64,000 nucleotides of DNA from Candidatus Woesearchaeota archaeon (GCA_018652045.1 JABICX010000005.1:74426-138425); one strand, 5' to 3'; shown: positions 19,146-28,554, numbered from the stretch's first letter. Made by a program: numbers and translations. Notes: a model not told the origin generated them from the letters alone.

Positions 19146-19598
19146 CTACTCTGGGAACTTTATTTTAGGATAATACTCCCAGTTTGCTCTTATCTGAACG
19201 ACAACCTCTGCTATATATCTTGACCCGATTAGGTGCGTTATGGATGCACGTAAGCTTGTGCGGTGACGTTGTAAGTGTGCAATTAGTTGTCCGTCAGTTA
19301 TACCGGGCATATCAATGATCGCTTCTAAGACTGGCAGATCTTTTTCAGTAACCTCTAAAGCAGATTTCTCATACTCTCGAAGGGGACATAAGGACCAAGC
19401 ATTCGGTCCATTTTTTGGAATAGGACTGTGATTCTTAATGATATTGGCTTTTCTTAGAAAATATATGTGCCTATCGAATTTGCCACCTTTTTGTTTAACA
19501 CCTAATGCTGTTAAAATATCTTTATCTATAGAAAGAGGATTTTTATTGAGATGGTCATATATTTTAGCTCGTCGACTTCTAACGTAATCTATATTCAT
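19146..19598 (-). CDS. hypothetical protein with winged-helix-like segments
   Basis: ORF with weak wHTH resemblance only. Confidence 0.4.
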   Translation of the reverse strand: MNIDYVRSRRAKIYDHLNKNPLSIDKDILTALGVKQKGGKFDRHIYFLRKANIIKNHSPIPKNGPNAWSLCPLREYEKSALEVTEKDLPVLEAIIDMPGITDGQLIAHLQRHRTSLRASITHLIGSRYIAEVVVQIRANWEYYPKIKFPE

Positions 19599-19627
19599 TA
19601 AGAAAGCTTCTAAAGAAAGTTTTTAAG

Positions 19628-21979
19628 TTATTTGATCTGACGTACTCGCATTGTTCCCTTAACTAGTGCTTCGATCTTCTTCCAGTCTTTTGGTTTTCGT
19701 TTTAGTTTGTAAGATTCTAGCTCTGCACCCATTCCAAGCTGATTCTTTTGTTTGTGTTGGCGAATCTCAGATATGATCTTACAGGCTTGCTTTCCGAGAG
19801 TTATTGCTTCAGCATCCACTTTGTCTGGCTTTGAGAACTGAAGTGTATGTATGCTCTTTGACTTTATCTGTCGCTTGTATAACTTTTCATATATCTCTTC
19901 AGTCATGTGTGGGATTAATGGAGCAAACATCTTTAGAATCTCTAGAAGCGTTTTGTTAAGTGTCCACTGTGCTGCTTGTTTACTCTTCTGATCAGTTCCA
20001 TATGTTCTATACTTAATCATCTCAAGATAGAAATCACAGAACTCTGCGTAAAAGAAATCTTCTAAAATACGTCTAGCTTGACTGATTTCATATCTATCTG
20101 AATGTTTAATGTAACTGTTCTGTATCTCTGCTAGTCTTGATAAAATCCACTTGTCGGAGATTTCCAGTTGTGGCTTTGTCTTAGGAACCTTGCCTATATT
20201 CATGGCAATGAATCGTGAAGAGTTCCACAGCTTGATAAGAACTTTTGACCCCCTAACTAGCTCCTGCTCTTTGAAAGGCATATCTTTGCCCAATGAGACG
20301 GTTGAAACCCAATATCGAATGGCATCTGCACTGTACTTTTCTAAGAGATCTTTCAACCATATGGCATTTCCTTTTGACTTTGACATGCCTCGGCCTTTTG
20401 GATCCAAAACATAATTACTGATCATAACCTCTTTCCATGGAATATCCTTGAAGTGTAAGTATGCTTTGAGTATAGTGTAAAACGCCCACGTTCTAATTAT
20501 GTCGTGGCTCTGCGGACGTAGGCTAACTGGAAACATCTTTTTGAACTGGTCTGGCTTTTTTAGCCATTTAATAATGATTTCAGGAGACATACTTGATGTC
20601 ATCCAAGTATCAAAAACATCTTTTTCGGGTTCAAACTGACCTGAACCACAAGAACATTTCTTTGTAGGTTTCACCTCAAATGGATCGACTGGCAGAATCT
20701 TTGCGTCTGCAATTTGCTCTTTACCACACTTTTTACAGTACCAGATAGGCATTGGAACGCCATAATACCGTTGTCTAGATATGATCCAATCCCAGCCAAG
20801 GTTGTTTGTCCAATCCTCAAACCGTTTTCTATAGAATTTAGGATGCCAATCAATCTTACGGCCTTGCTTAATGAGTTCTTTTTTAAACGCTAATGTCTTG
20901 ACAAACCATTGCTTTGTTGGCAAGAATTCAATTGGAGTGTTACATCTCCAGCAAACACCAACAGTCTGTTCTAAATCTTCTTGGCGAGCGAGTAAACCCC
21001 ATCCTTCTAAATCGTCAATAACCGCGGCCTTTGCTTGGTTTAGTTTCAAACCAGCGTATTTTCCAGCAGCTTTGGTTAGCTTACCTTCCTTATCGATTAT
21101 GATCTTCATTGGCAGTTTTAGTCTGCGCCATTTTTCTAAGTCAGCATTATCTCCAAAGGTACAAACCATCATGAGACCCGATCCAAATTCCATATCAACA
21201 GAATCGTCTGCGAAGATTGGAACCCAGAAGTTGAATATTGGGACTTTGATTTTCTTACCAATAAGATGTGTGTATCTTTTATCTTCAGGATGTGCAAAAA
21301 CGCCGACACATGCAGGTAGGAATTCGGGGCGAGTTGTTGCGATCTCAACTTTTTTGCCGTTCTCTAGTTCAAAATAAACCCAGTTCATCTTAGTCTTTCT
21401 TTTTGCATCTTCAACTTCAGCTTGCGCTAAAGCAGTCTGATGATGTGGGCACCAAAGAACGGGTTCTTCTGCACGGTAAGCATATCCTTTTTTGTATAGA
21501 TCAACGAAAGATGTTTGCGCAACTTTTTGAGACTCTGAATCTATTGTTGTATATAGTAAGTTCCAGTCATAAGCATGGCCGAGCGCTTTGAAAAAACGCT
21601 TTGTGTAATTCTTTTCCACCTTACCAGCTTCTTTTCTGCAGAGTTTTCTAAACTTTGATCGACTCATGTCTGTTTTTGTGATTTTATATTTTTCTTCAAC
21701 GTACTTCTCAGTAGGAAGTCCGTTATTATCAAAACAAGGTGGGAAATAAACGTTAAATCCACGCATCCGCTTATAGCGAGATACTAACTCAAACTGCGTA
21801 TAGTGAAGTGCATGTCCTACATGAAGATGGTCGCCAGATGCATAAGGTGGTGGCGTATCAATTGAGAAAATCTCTTTCTTTGATTTTGGATCGAATTGAT
21901 ATGTCTTGTTCTTTTCCCAGTACTTTTGCCACTTCTCTTCGATCTTCTTGAAATCCGGCTTGCGATCTAGCTCTGCCAT
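19628..21979 (-). CDS. valS: valyl-tRNA synthetase
   Basis: HIGH-type HVGHALHY, KMSKS-type GMSKSKGN, and editing-domain-sized CP1 insertion. Confidence 0.95.
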   Translation of the reverse strand: MAELDRKPDFKKIEEKWQKYWEKNKTYQFDPKSKKEIFSIDTPPPYASGDHLHVGHALHYTQFELVSRYKRMRGFNVYFPPCFDNNGLPTEKYVEEKYKITKTDMSRSKFRKLCRKEAGKVEKNYTKRFFKALGHAYDWNLLYTTIDSESQKVAQTSFVDLYKKGYAYRAEEPVLWCPHHQTALAQAEVEDAKRKTKMNWVYFELENGKKVEIATTRPEFLPACVGVFAHPEDKRYTHLIGKKIKVPIFNFWVPIFADDSVDMEFGSGLMMVCTFGDNADLEKWRRLKLPMKIIIDKEGKLTKAAGKYAGLKLNQAKAAVIDDLEGWGLLARQEDLEQTVGVCWRCNTPIEFLPTKQWFVKTLAFKKELIKQGRKIDWHPKFYRKRFEDWTNNLGWDWIISRQRYYGVPMPIWYCKKCGKEQIADAKILPVDPFEVKPTKKCSCGSGQFEPEKDVFDTWMTSSMSPEIIIKWLKKPDQFKKMFPVSLRPQSHDIIRTWAFYTILKAYLHFKDIPWKEVMISNYVLDPKGRGMSKSKGNAIWLKDLLEKYSADAIRYWVSTVSLGKDMPFKEQELVRGSKVLIKLWNSSRFIAMNIGKVPKTKPQLEISDKWILSRLAEIQNSYIKHSDRYEISQARRILEDFFYAEFCDFYLEMIKYRTYGTDQKSKQAAQWTLNKTLLEILKMFAPLIPHMTEEIYEKLYKRQIKSKSIHTLQFSKPDKVDAEAITLGKQACKIISEIRQHKQKNQLGMGAELESYKLKRKPKDWKKIEALVKGTMRVRQIK

Positions 21980-22021
21980 TTACAAGTTAACCTCCAGAAG
22001 TTTAAAAGAACTTTGGCTGAA

Positions 22022-22062
22022 CCTTTCTCTTTCCGAAAGAGAAACGTTCGCGAAAGAGAAAC
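22022..22062. repeat. hairpin repeat element, copy A (CCTTTCTCTTT-CCG-AAAGAGAAACGTTCGCGAAAGAGAAAC)
   Basis: Identical to 26048-26087 except for the hairpin loop (CCG vs AG). It has a 9-bp stem TTTCTCTTT/AAAGAGAAA followed by the palindrome TTCGCGAA. Confidence 0.9.
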
Positions 22063-22127
22063 CTCTTTGGATGAATACTTTTCTAAAGGATTCAAAAGAT
22101 ATTAGGCTAGGTGACGTTTTACAAACA

Positions 22128-22186
22128 AACGGGGTAATCACCATATACCATTGTGTAAACGATTAAGAAGGCAGGCTTTTTAAGAG
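22128..22186 (+). promoter_or_regulatory. GGGGTAATCACC...TGTAAACG...CTTTTTAAGAG module upstream of tRNA-Val
   Basis: About 60 nt alignable by eye to 37695-37752 (same 12-mer, TGTAAACG and a TATA-like TTTAxAAGAG). It ends 8 nt before tRNA-Val. Confidence 0.5.
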
Positions 22187-22193
22187 TTTTTAT

Positions 22194-22264
22194 GGACCTA
22201 TAGTCTAGTGGTAGGATACTGCCTTCACATGGCAGAGGCTTCAGTTCAATTCTGAGTAGGTCCA
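22194..22264 (+). tRNA. tRNA-Val(CAC), no intron
   Basis: Hand fold: acceptor GGACCTA/TAGGTCC, anticodon stem CTGCC/GGCAG, loop TTCACAT, T-arm TTCAG-TTCAATT-CTGAG, discriminator A. Confidence 0.85.
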
Positions 22265-22301
22265 TGGTTAATTTATACAGTTTCTTAAAAGAGAATATTA
22301 T

Positions 22302-23153
22302 CTATAACGTCGTCTGAACACCACGACCCTGAGCAATTCCTTCAAGGTTAACAGATAGGCCATCTTGCGCTGCGATTGTTCTTACTCCTGTTCGTTTCTG
22401 TATCTCGCGAGCTTCTAAAAGTGGGTTTGCGTTGATCATCTTCTGTCCGAAGTGGTTGATAATTGCCAGCTCAGGTTTAACATCATCGATCAGTTTTATA
22501 GCATCGCTTGTGCACATGTGTGTCTTCCAGCGATCAGATCCAGGTCGTAGAACATTTATGATAAGTACGGATATGCCCTTAAATTCCTTATATAGGTCTT
22601 TGAAATATGTTGTATCTGAGGTATAACCAATAGATACGTCTGGACCCTCAACTCTTACACCAATGCAGTCAGTTTCATCATGACGAGTTTCAGTAGCAGT
22701 TATAGTTAGATCGTTTATCTTGACTTTATCGCCTTTGTTTACTGTAAATATATCTTGCAACTGTCTTTTGTAATGGTTTCTTACTGAGGCAATATCATCT
22801 TCAGTGCCGTCAATAACTGATTTTACAGATACTAATACACCTCTTTTGTTAACACCATCTAGCGTCATCGCGTTGATCAGGGCGTTGATATCATTAGCAT
22901 GATCTGTGTGTTCATGGGTTGCTATAATAATATCTGTCTTAGCAGGAGCTATTTTTGTTTTACTGGTGCCAGATAATGCTCCCGGACCTGGATCGACGTG
23001 AATCTGCAGTGTTGGCAGTTTAAGTATGAATCCTCCAGCAGTACGTGACTGGTTCGACATAACAACTCTTCCACCACCAGTTCCAATGAATATTATCTTA
23101 TTATCCGGTTCTTTCACAGTTCTTTTGCTTTTGCAATGTATTGGCTTCGGCAA
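22302..23153 (-). CDS. metallo-beta-lactamase-fold hydrolase
   Basis: ATHEHTDH motif and MBL pattern. Confidence 0.75.
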   Translation of the reverse strand: MPKPIHCKSKRTVKEPDNKIIFIGTGGGRVVMSNQSRTAGGFILKLPTLQIHVDPGPGALSGTSKTKIAPAKTDIIIATHEHTDHANDINALINAMTLDGVNKRGVLVSVKSVIDGTEDDIASVRNHYKRQLQDIFTVNKGDKVKINDLTITATETRHDETDCIGVRVEGPDVSIGYTSDTTYFKDLYKEFKGISVLIINVLRPGSDRWKTHMCTSDAIKLIDDVKPELAIINHFGQKMINANPLLEAREIQKRTGVRTIAAQDGLSVNLEGIAQGRGVQTTL

Positions 23154-23252
23154 CTGCTGTGCTCAGCCTCACCTGCAAAAGTTATTTACCTCTATTTGTT
23201 AATGCAAAAAGGTGGCTTATTATGTTTATAACATTTTGTTTGAACAATCAAA

Positions 23253-23403
23253 TGGACCAGCTGAGATTTTCCTCGAACTTCGTTCGCATTAATCGAAGAG
23301 GTTCGTTTTGAACTCAGGACCCCCTGCGTGCGAGGCAGGTACGCTATTGCCCAACCACCGGCCGTGCAAAAACCTTGCGGTTACCGGACTGCGCCACTGG
23401 CCC
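23253..23403 (-). tRNA. tRNA-Ala(CGC) with two non-canonical introns (D-loop about 36 nt, T-loop about 40 nt)
   Basis: Reverse complement: GGGCCAG TG GCGC AGTCCGGTA[..CCGCAAGG...GGGCAAT..]A GCGT A CCTGC CTCGCAC GCAGG GGGTC CTGAG TTCAAA[ACGAACC...GAGGAAA]T CTCAG CTGGTCC A. The G3:U70 pair is present. Exact intron borders are ambiguous. Confidence 0.75.
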
Positions 23404-23438
23404 ATACTGAAAACACTTGATATGTGTATAAAAAGATA

Positions 23439-23513
23439 TGGGCAGGAGGAGATTTGAACTCCCGACATCACGATTATCAGTCGTGCGCTCTAACCAGACT
23501 GAGCCACCCGCCC
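23439..23513 (-). tRNA. tRNA-Ile(GAT), no intron
   Basis: Reverse complement: GGGCGGG TG GCTC AGTCTGGTTA GAGC G CACGA CTGATAA TCGTG ATGTC GGGAG TTCAAAT CTCCT CCTGCCC A. Confidence 0.9.
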
Positions 23514-23695
23514 ATACTGACGAATCCTAGATTCGCGGAATCGCAAATGCCCAAGCATTTGTCGATATCTAAAATGCCTAAATGGGACTTATAAAGTTTT
23601 TGAACGGAGTAGGCAAACTTAGCGGGCAAACTTCAAGTTTGACGCGTAAAAGTTTTGATCAGAATTATTATATATTACAGGCTATAGTTTAATAT

Positions 23696-25600
23696 ATGGT
23701 TAGAACTCCTGCTAGCGCGAATTCGAGTACTGAACGGCCTAAATTAAAGGCGAGTATACCGTTTTCAGTCTTACTTTTACTTGGAATCAATGCGATTATT
23801 GGTACTGGAATCTTCTTTGTCCCCGGAATTGCTGCGAAGTTAGCTGGACCGGGATCTATAATCTCTTGGACCGCTGTCGCAGTTCTTGCACTGATCATCG
23901 CTGCTTGTTTTGCTGAGCTATCAAGCATGTTCCCAAAGTCTGGCGGTGTATATGAGTATACAAAGCAAGGTTTTGGGGAGTTTGCAGGTTTTATGGTGGG
24001 TTGGACTAGTTGGATTGTTGCGAACATAACTATTGCTATGCTTACAATCGGCGCTTTAGATTATTTTGGTGCGCTGATCCAACTAACCGGTTTACAGAAG
24101 TTGCTCATCGCTATTGGATTTATCCTTGGTATGAACTATATTTCGTATCGTGGCGTTGATGTGTCGGTAAAAGTGCTTCTAGTACTTTCAGTTTGTACAA
24201 TTATGAGTCTTTGGACGTTGCTTACTTGGGGCGTCTATTATGTGAGTATAGAAAATCTCATGCCGTTATCTATCTTTCCAAAAGTATCTATTGTAATTGC
24301 TATGCTTTACATACTGGAAACCTTTTTTGGCTGGGAAACAATCACATATCTTGCAGAAGAAACCAAAGATCCTACAACTTCCATACCAAAAGTCATGTTA
24401 TGGGGCACGGCTTCAGTTATTATTCTTGCTTTAGGTGTTGTTGCAGTATCTTTAGGCGCAGTCAACTGGCAGATTTTAGCTAATTCAGCAACACCTCTTT
24501 TGGAAGCTGCTAATGTATTTATGGGGCAGACTGGAGCTAGGTTTATAGCTGTGCTTGTCTTCCTAAATATTATTGGTGGTGCTGCAGCTTGGATTGTTGT
24601 AACTCCGAGATTGATCTTTGCGCTTGGTAGAGATAAGTTGTTACCAGATGCACTTAGTAAGATCCATCCAGTTCATCAGACTCCGTATTATGCGATTGGT
24701 CTTCAGTCCATTCTTACGATTCTTATTTTACTATCGGGATCATATAAGCTGCTATTAGAGATGGTGCTTCCTCTTGCGATATTTATGTACGCAATGGTGA
24801 TTTTGACAGTTACAATACTGCGATTTACACACGCAGATCTGCCACGACCATTTAAGATGCCGTTTGGAAAAGTTGTACCAGTAATCACTGCTATGATACT
24901 TATCTTTTTAGCAGCAGGTATTGAGTTAAAGACTACGATATCCGGGTTTATGTTTGTTTTATTAGGTATACCGCTGTTTTTAATCGAGGCGATGTTGTAT
25001 CGACCAAAGACTGTAAAGAAACTACTTTCTTTCTCAGTAGGCGTTACCTCGCGCACAACAGATATGTGGCTTAAACCGCGAACTCGGAAGTATATACTTG
25101 CTCACTTTGGTAACCTTCGCGGTAAGCGAGTTATGAACTTTGGAACAGATGTAAGTAAGTTTAATCACGAGCTATCAAGTAAGATAACAAATACGGGTAA
25201 GTTGTTTATCACACATGTATCTCGAGATCATCTTGATGCTTCTAAAAATATGGCTGAGAATCGAGGCTTGCAGAATATTGTATACTATCTTGAAAATGAA
25301 CAACGGCATAAGATACATCCTAAACTAAAGAACTTTGACGCTATTGTTTCCATTGGTGTTTTGGGATACATGCAAGATCCACATAAGGTGCTCGGTGAGC
25401 TATCAAAGCGGACAAATAAGTCAGGTAAGATATACTTTGTTGACTACACAAATGTGCTTAAGATCATGCCAGATCAAGAGTGGATGAAGGATGGCGATCA
25501 GATCAAGAAGCTCTTTAAGAAAGCTGGCTTTAACGTCCATGTTGCTAAAGAACGCGGTTTCTTCTGGGATACGCTGCATATTTATGGAAAGAAAGTCTAA
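23696..25600 (+). CDS. APC-family amino-acid permease fused to a C-terminal class-I methyltransferase-like domain
   Basis: About 440 aa of APC-type TM helices (IGTGIFFVPG), then a soluble domain of about 190 aa with an MTase-like fold pattern (VMNFGTD...FDAIVSIGVLGYMQDP...GKIYFVDY). Confidence 0.75.
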   Translation: MVRTPASANSSTERPKLKASIPFSVLLLLGINAIIGTGIFFVPGIAAKLAGPGSIISWTAVAVLALIIAACFAELSSMFPKSGGVYEYTKQGFGEFAGFMVGWTSWIVANITIAMLTIGALDYFGALIQLTGLQKLLIAIGFILGMNYISYRGVDVSVKVLLVLSVCTIMSLWTLLTWGVYYVSIENLMPLSIFPKVSIVIAMLYILETFFGWETITYLAEETKDPTTSIPKVMLWGTASVIILALGVVAVSLGAVNWQILANSATPLLEAANVFMGQTGARFIAVLVFLNIIGGAAAWIVVTPRLIFALGRDKLLPDALSKIHPVHQTPYYAIGLQSILTILILLSGSYKLLLEMVLPLAIFMYAMVILTVTILRFTHADLPRPFKMPFGKVVPVITAMILIFLAAGIELKTTISGFMFVLLGIPLFLIEAMLYRPKTVKKLLSFSVGVTSRTTDMWLKPRTRKYILAHFGNLRGKRVMNFGTDVSKFNHELSSKITNTGKLFITHVSRDHLDASKNMAENRGLQNIVYYLENEQRHKIHPKLKNFDAIVSIGVLGYMQDPHKVLGELSKRTNKSGKIYFVDYTNVLKIMPDQEWMKDGDQIKKLFKKAGFNVHVAKERGFFWDTLHIYGKKV

Positions 25601-25712
25601 CTTTTCTTGTACAAAATACTTATAAATCGCTATAATCATACATAACTATGACAATAGGTGAGTGCCCCTTTACAGCGTAAGAAGGTCTCTCTAGTCATTA
25701 ATAGTTCTCAAG

Positions 25713-26015
25713 GTGATCGTCCCTTTAATCAGCCAGGTTGTTTTGATTAGATCAATTCAGAAGTTTTCTAAGGAGCGGTTGAATCAAAAACAGAAGATTA
25801 TTATTCGTTATATTGTTCAACATCCTCAAAAGGTTAATGTCACTAAACTTGTTACTCAATTAGTTGGAGAGATAGATTGTTGTTCTTCAACAGTCTGGAA
25901 TAATCTTAATTCGCTAAAACGGGCAGGTCTGATCAACTATGGTTCTGCAGAAAATCGTGGTCATAAAGTAATACTTACACGTGTAGGAAAACTATTGGAG
26001 GTAACGGGTTGGTAG
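25713..26015 (+). CDS. small winged-helix protein (GTG start in track)
   Basis: wHTH-like VTKLVTQLVGEIDCCSSTVWNNLNSLKRAGLI. The last 9 nt overlap the 5' end of tRNA-Phe. Confidence 0.45.
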   Translation: MIVPLISQVVLIRSIQKFSKERLNQKQKIIIRYIVQHPQKVNVTKLVTQLVGEIDCCSSTVWNNLNSLKRAGLINYGSAENRGHKVILTRVGKLLEVTGW

Positions 26016-26140
26016 CTTAGTCTGGGAGAGCGCGCGACTGAAGAAGCCTTTCTCTTTAGAAAGAGAAACGTTCGCGAAAGAGAAACTACTTTTTCGACCA
26101 GAGATCGCGAGATCGTGAGTTCAAATCTCACCCAACCCAT
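26007..26140 (+). tRNA. tRNA-Phe(GAA) with 60-nt canonical-position intron (26045-26104)
   Basis: GGGTTGG TA GCTT AGTCTGGGA GAGC G CGCGA CTGAAG[intron]A TCGCG AGATC GTGAG TTCAAAT CTCAC CCAACCC A. Confidence 0.85.
26048..26087. repeat. hairpin repeat element, copy B, inside the tRNA-Phe intron
   Basis: CCTTTCTCTTT-AG-AAAGAGAAACGTTCGCGAAAGAGAAAC; see copy A. Confidence 0.9.
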
Positions 26141-26152
26141 AATTTATTTAAA

Positions 26153-27679
26153 ATGCAAGATATAGAATATAGTATGAAGGACATAATCAAGCTAGCAGAT
26201 TCTCTACAAGATAATGAAATCAAGGTACTGCGAGCTTTTAAGCCAAAGGTAGACCACCTTGCAGATCTAAAAGGTCTGCCAAAGAACGAGTTCCTACGTG
26301 CAGGTATGTGGCTTGATAATAAAGGTCTGATCAAGACGCATAAGACTAAGACCCGTTGGATTCAGCTTGATATGCTTGGTGAGAGATATGTTAAGGGAAA
26401 GCTACCTGAACTAGCACTTCTTGCTCTTCTTAAGAAAAAGCCACTTCCATTAGATACTCTTCGTAAACATTTCCCACAGGACGAATTGCGCTTCGCAATG
26501 GGTTATCTTAAGCAGAAAGGATATGTGGAATATAGACACGGTACTCTTGCGATTACAGATACAGGTCTTAAGGTGCGCGTAACTCTTGAGTTCAAGTTCT
26601 TGCTGAAGCTAGCTAAGCTGAAAGAGATTGGTGTAGGTACACTACTTCCAGAAGATCAATATGCTTATCAGAATCTTAAGAAGCGAAAACAGCTAGTTAG
26701 GGAGGTTGAACGAACTTCAATACATTTCACAATCACAGATATCGGTAAGAAAGTACTTCAGAACCTAAGTGATGAAAAACGAATCGGAATGATTACATCA
26801 AGTATTATTAAAAGTGGATCTTGGGAAAAGGCCAAGTTCCGTAGATATGATGTATCTGCACCCGTTCCTAAAGTCTATCCTGGAAAGAAACAGCCGTATA
26901 ATCAGTATCTTGATGATGTCCGCGCTAAGTTGGTTAGGTTAGGCTATAAGGAAATGACGGGACCCTTGGTTGAGACTGAGTTTTGGCATTTTGATGCTAT
27001 GTTCCAGCCGCAAAATCATCCTGCAAGAACCTGGACAGATACATACTCGCTGAAGAGTCCTAAATATGGTAAACTTCCAAGTAAGAAACTAGTTTCAACC
27101 GTAAAAGTCGCACATGAGACTGGAGGAAAAACCGGATCAATTGGTTGGAACTATAACTGGAGTGAGAAGGTTGCTAGTCAGCTACTTCCAAGAGGGCACG
27201 GTACAGGTATGTCTGCGCGTAAGATCTCTGAAAAGCCAGCTGTTCCATGTAAGTACTTTGGATTAGGTAGATCATATCGACCAGATATGCCTGACGCATC
27301 ACATCTTATTGAGTTTAATCAAGTTGACGTCTTTGTTATAGACAAGAATGCTAACTTCAAACAGCTTTTAGGAATACTAAAACAGTTCGCAAAGGAGCTA
27401 GCCGGAGCTACGGAGGTTAAGTTCGTACCTGATTATTATCCATTTACAGAGCCAAGTGTCCAGATATCTGCAAAGCATCCAGTACTTGGGTGGATGGAGT
27501 TAGCTGGAGCAGGTATATTCCGTCCAGAGTTCACACAGTCGCTAGGGATCAAGGAGCCAGTCATGGCTTTCGCTTTCGGAGTGGACCGTCTAGCAATGTA
27601 TAAGTTAGGAATCAATGATATTCGTTACTTGTTCAGTCAGGATCTAGACTGGCTTAGAAAGGAGAAGATCGTCAAATGA
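26153..27679 (+). CDS. pheS: phenylalanyl-tRNA synthetase alpha subunit
   Basis: Class-II motifs FRPDMPDASHLIEFNQVD, GAGIFRPE and AFGVDRLAM, with an archaeal-type N-terminal extension. An alternative leaderless start at ATG 26175 is possible. Confidence 0.95.
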   Translation: MQDIEYSMKDIIKLADSLQDNEIKVLRAFKPKVDHLADLKGLPKNEFLRAGMWLDNKGLIKTHKTKTRWIQLDMLGERYVKGKLPELALLALLKKKPLPLDTLRKHFPQDELRFAMGYLKQKGYVEYRHGTLAITDTGLKVRVTLEFKFLLKLAKLKEIGVGTLLPEDQYAYQNLKKRKQLVREVERTSIHFTITDIGKKVLQNLSDEKRIGMITSSIIKSGSWEKAKFRRYDVSAPVPKVYPGKKQPYNQYLDDVRAKLVRLGYKEMTGPLVETEFWHFDAMFQPQNHPARTWTDTYSLKSPKYGKLPSKKLVSTVKVAHETGGKTGSIGWNYNWSEKVASQLLPRGHGTGMSARKISEKPAVPCKYFGLGRSYRPDMPDASHLIEFNQVDVFVIDKNANFKQLLGILKQFAKELAGATEVKFVPDYYPFTEPSVQISAKHPVLGWMELAGAGIFRPEFTQSLGIKEPVMAFAFGVDRLAMYKLGINDIRYLFSQDLDWLRKEKIVK

Positions 27680-28491
27680 AAAGTAAGGTAAAGAAGTATT
27701 ATACTGAGTATGGTGAAGGTGAGTGGAAGCGCTTGATTAAAGATCCCTATCATCAGATGGAGTTCAATACTTCAATGCATTTTCTTAAGAAATATTTGCC
27801 AAAGAAAGGCCTGATCTTAGACGCAGGTGCAGGTCCTGGTAGATATACTGTCGCACTAGCTAAGCAAGGTTATGATGTAGTCTTACGAGATCTAACACCA
27901 AAGTTTGTTGAGATGGCTAGGAAGAAGGTAAAGTATGCAGGAGTTTCAAAGCGAGTTAAATCGTTAGAGATTGGCGACATAACCAATCTTTCCGAGTTCA
28001 AAGACGGTACTTTCGACGCAGTGATCTGCCTAGGTGGGCCATTAACGCATGTAGTTGATAAAAAGCAGCGAGAGCGGGCAGCAGCAGAGTTAGTGAGAGT
28101 TGCGAAGAAAGGCTCTCTAGTCTTTGTGTCGCTGATGACCCGTTTTAGCATACATATAGATGCGCTTGAAGATTTCCAAGAAGAGATAGTACCTTTACAA
28201 AGAAAGATACGTGATACTGGGGACTATCCAGGTGGTAAATATGGATTTGCCCCATCGCACTTCTTTATGCCTGAAGAACTAGATGATCTATTCAAGCGAA
28301 AAGGTCTGGAAGTGATAACTCTCGTTGGTTTAGAAGGTCTATCAACTGATCGTAAAAAGAAGGTAAATAAGTTATACCGAACTAATAAGAAAGCATGGGA
28401 CATTTGGTGGGAGACTCACCTGAAGACATGTACCCATCCCGGAGCTGTAGGTATTAGTAGCCATATGATGATCATTGGGAGGAAGAAATAA
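27676..28491 (+). CDS. class-I SAM-dependent methyltransferase embedded between pheS and pheT
   Basis: Motif I ILDAGAGPGRYT and an acidic post-I (LRDLTP). The ATGA overlap with the pheS stop indicates translational coupling. Confidence 0.85.
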   Translation: MKSKVKKYYTEYGEGEWKRLIKDPYHQMEFNTSMHFLKKYLPKKGLILDAGAGPGRYTVALAKQGYDVVLRDLTPKFVEMARKKVKYAGVSKRVKSLEIGDITNLSEFKDGTFDAVICLGGPLTHVVDKKQRERAAAELVRVAKKGSLVFVSLMTRFSIHIDALEDFQEEIVPLQRKIRDTGDYPGGKYGFAPSHFFMPEELDDLFKRKGLEVITLVGLEGLSTDRKKKVNKLYRTNKKAWDIWWETHLKTCTHPGAVGISSHMMIIGRKK

Positions 28492-28542
28492 TGCCAAAGG
28501 TTGAGATTAACTCAAATCAGAGATTTGCGAACTTCGAATTAA

Positions 28543-28549
28543 GGGAGGT
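28543..28549 (+). promoter_or_regulatory. Shine-Dalgarno GGGAGGT for pheT
   Basis: Lies 5 nt upstream of ATG 28555. Confidence 0.7.
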
Positions 28550-28554
28550 ACGTA

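Noticed and set aside
20871-21377. 168-aa plus-strand ORF, and several other ORFs of 60-90 aa inside valS
   Set aside because: They are antisense to ValRS, have no motifs, and have low-complexity composition typical of shadow frames.
23289-23471. Track ORFs overlapping tRNA genes (23289..23471; also 40989..41219 and 49699..49965)
   Set aside because: Each is fully explained by an intron-containing tRNA gene and its flanks.
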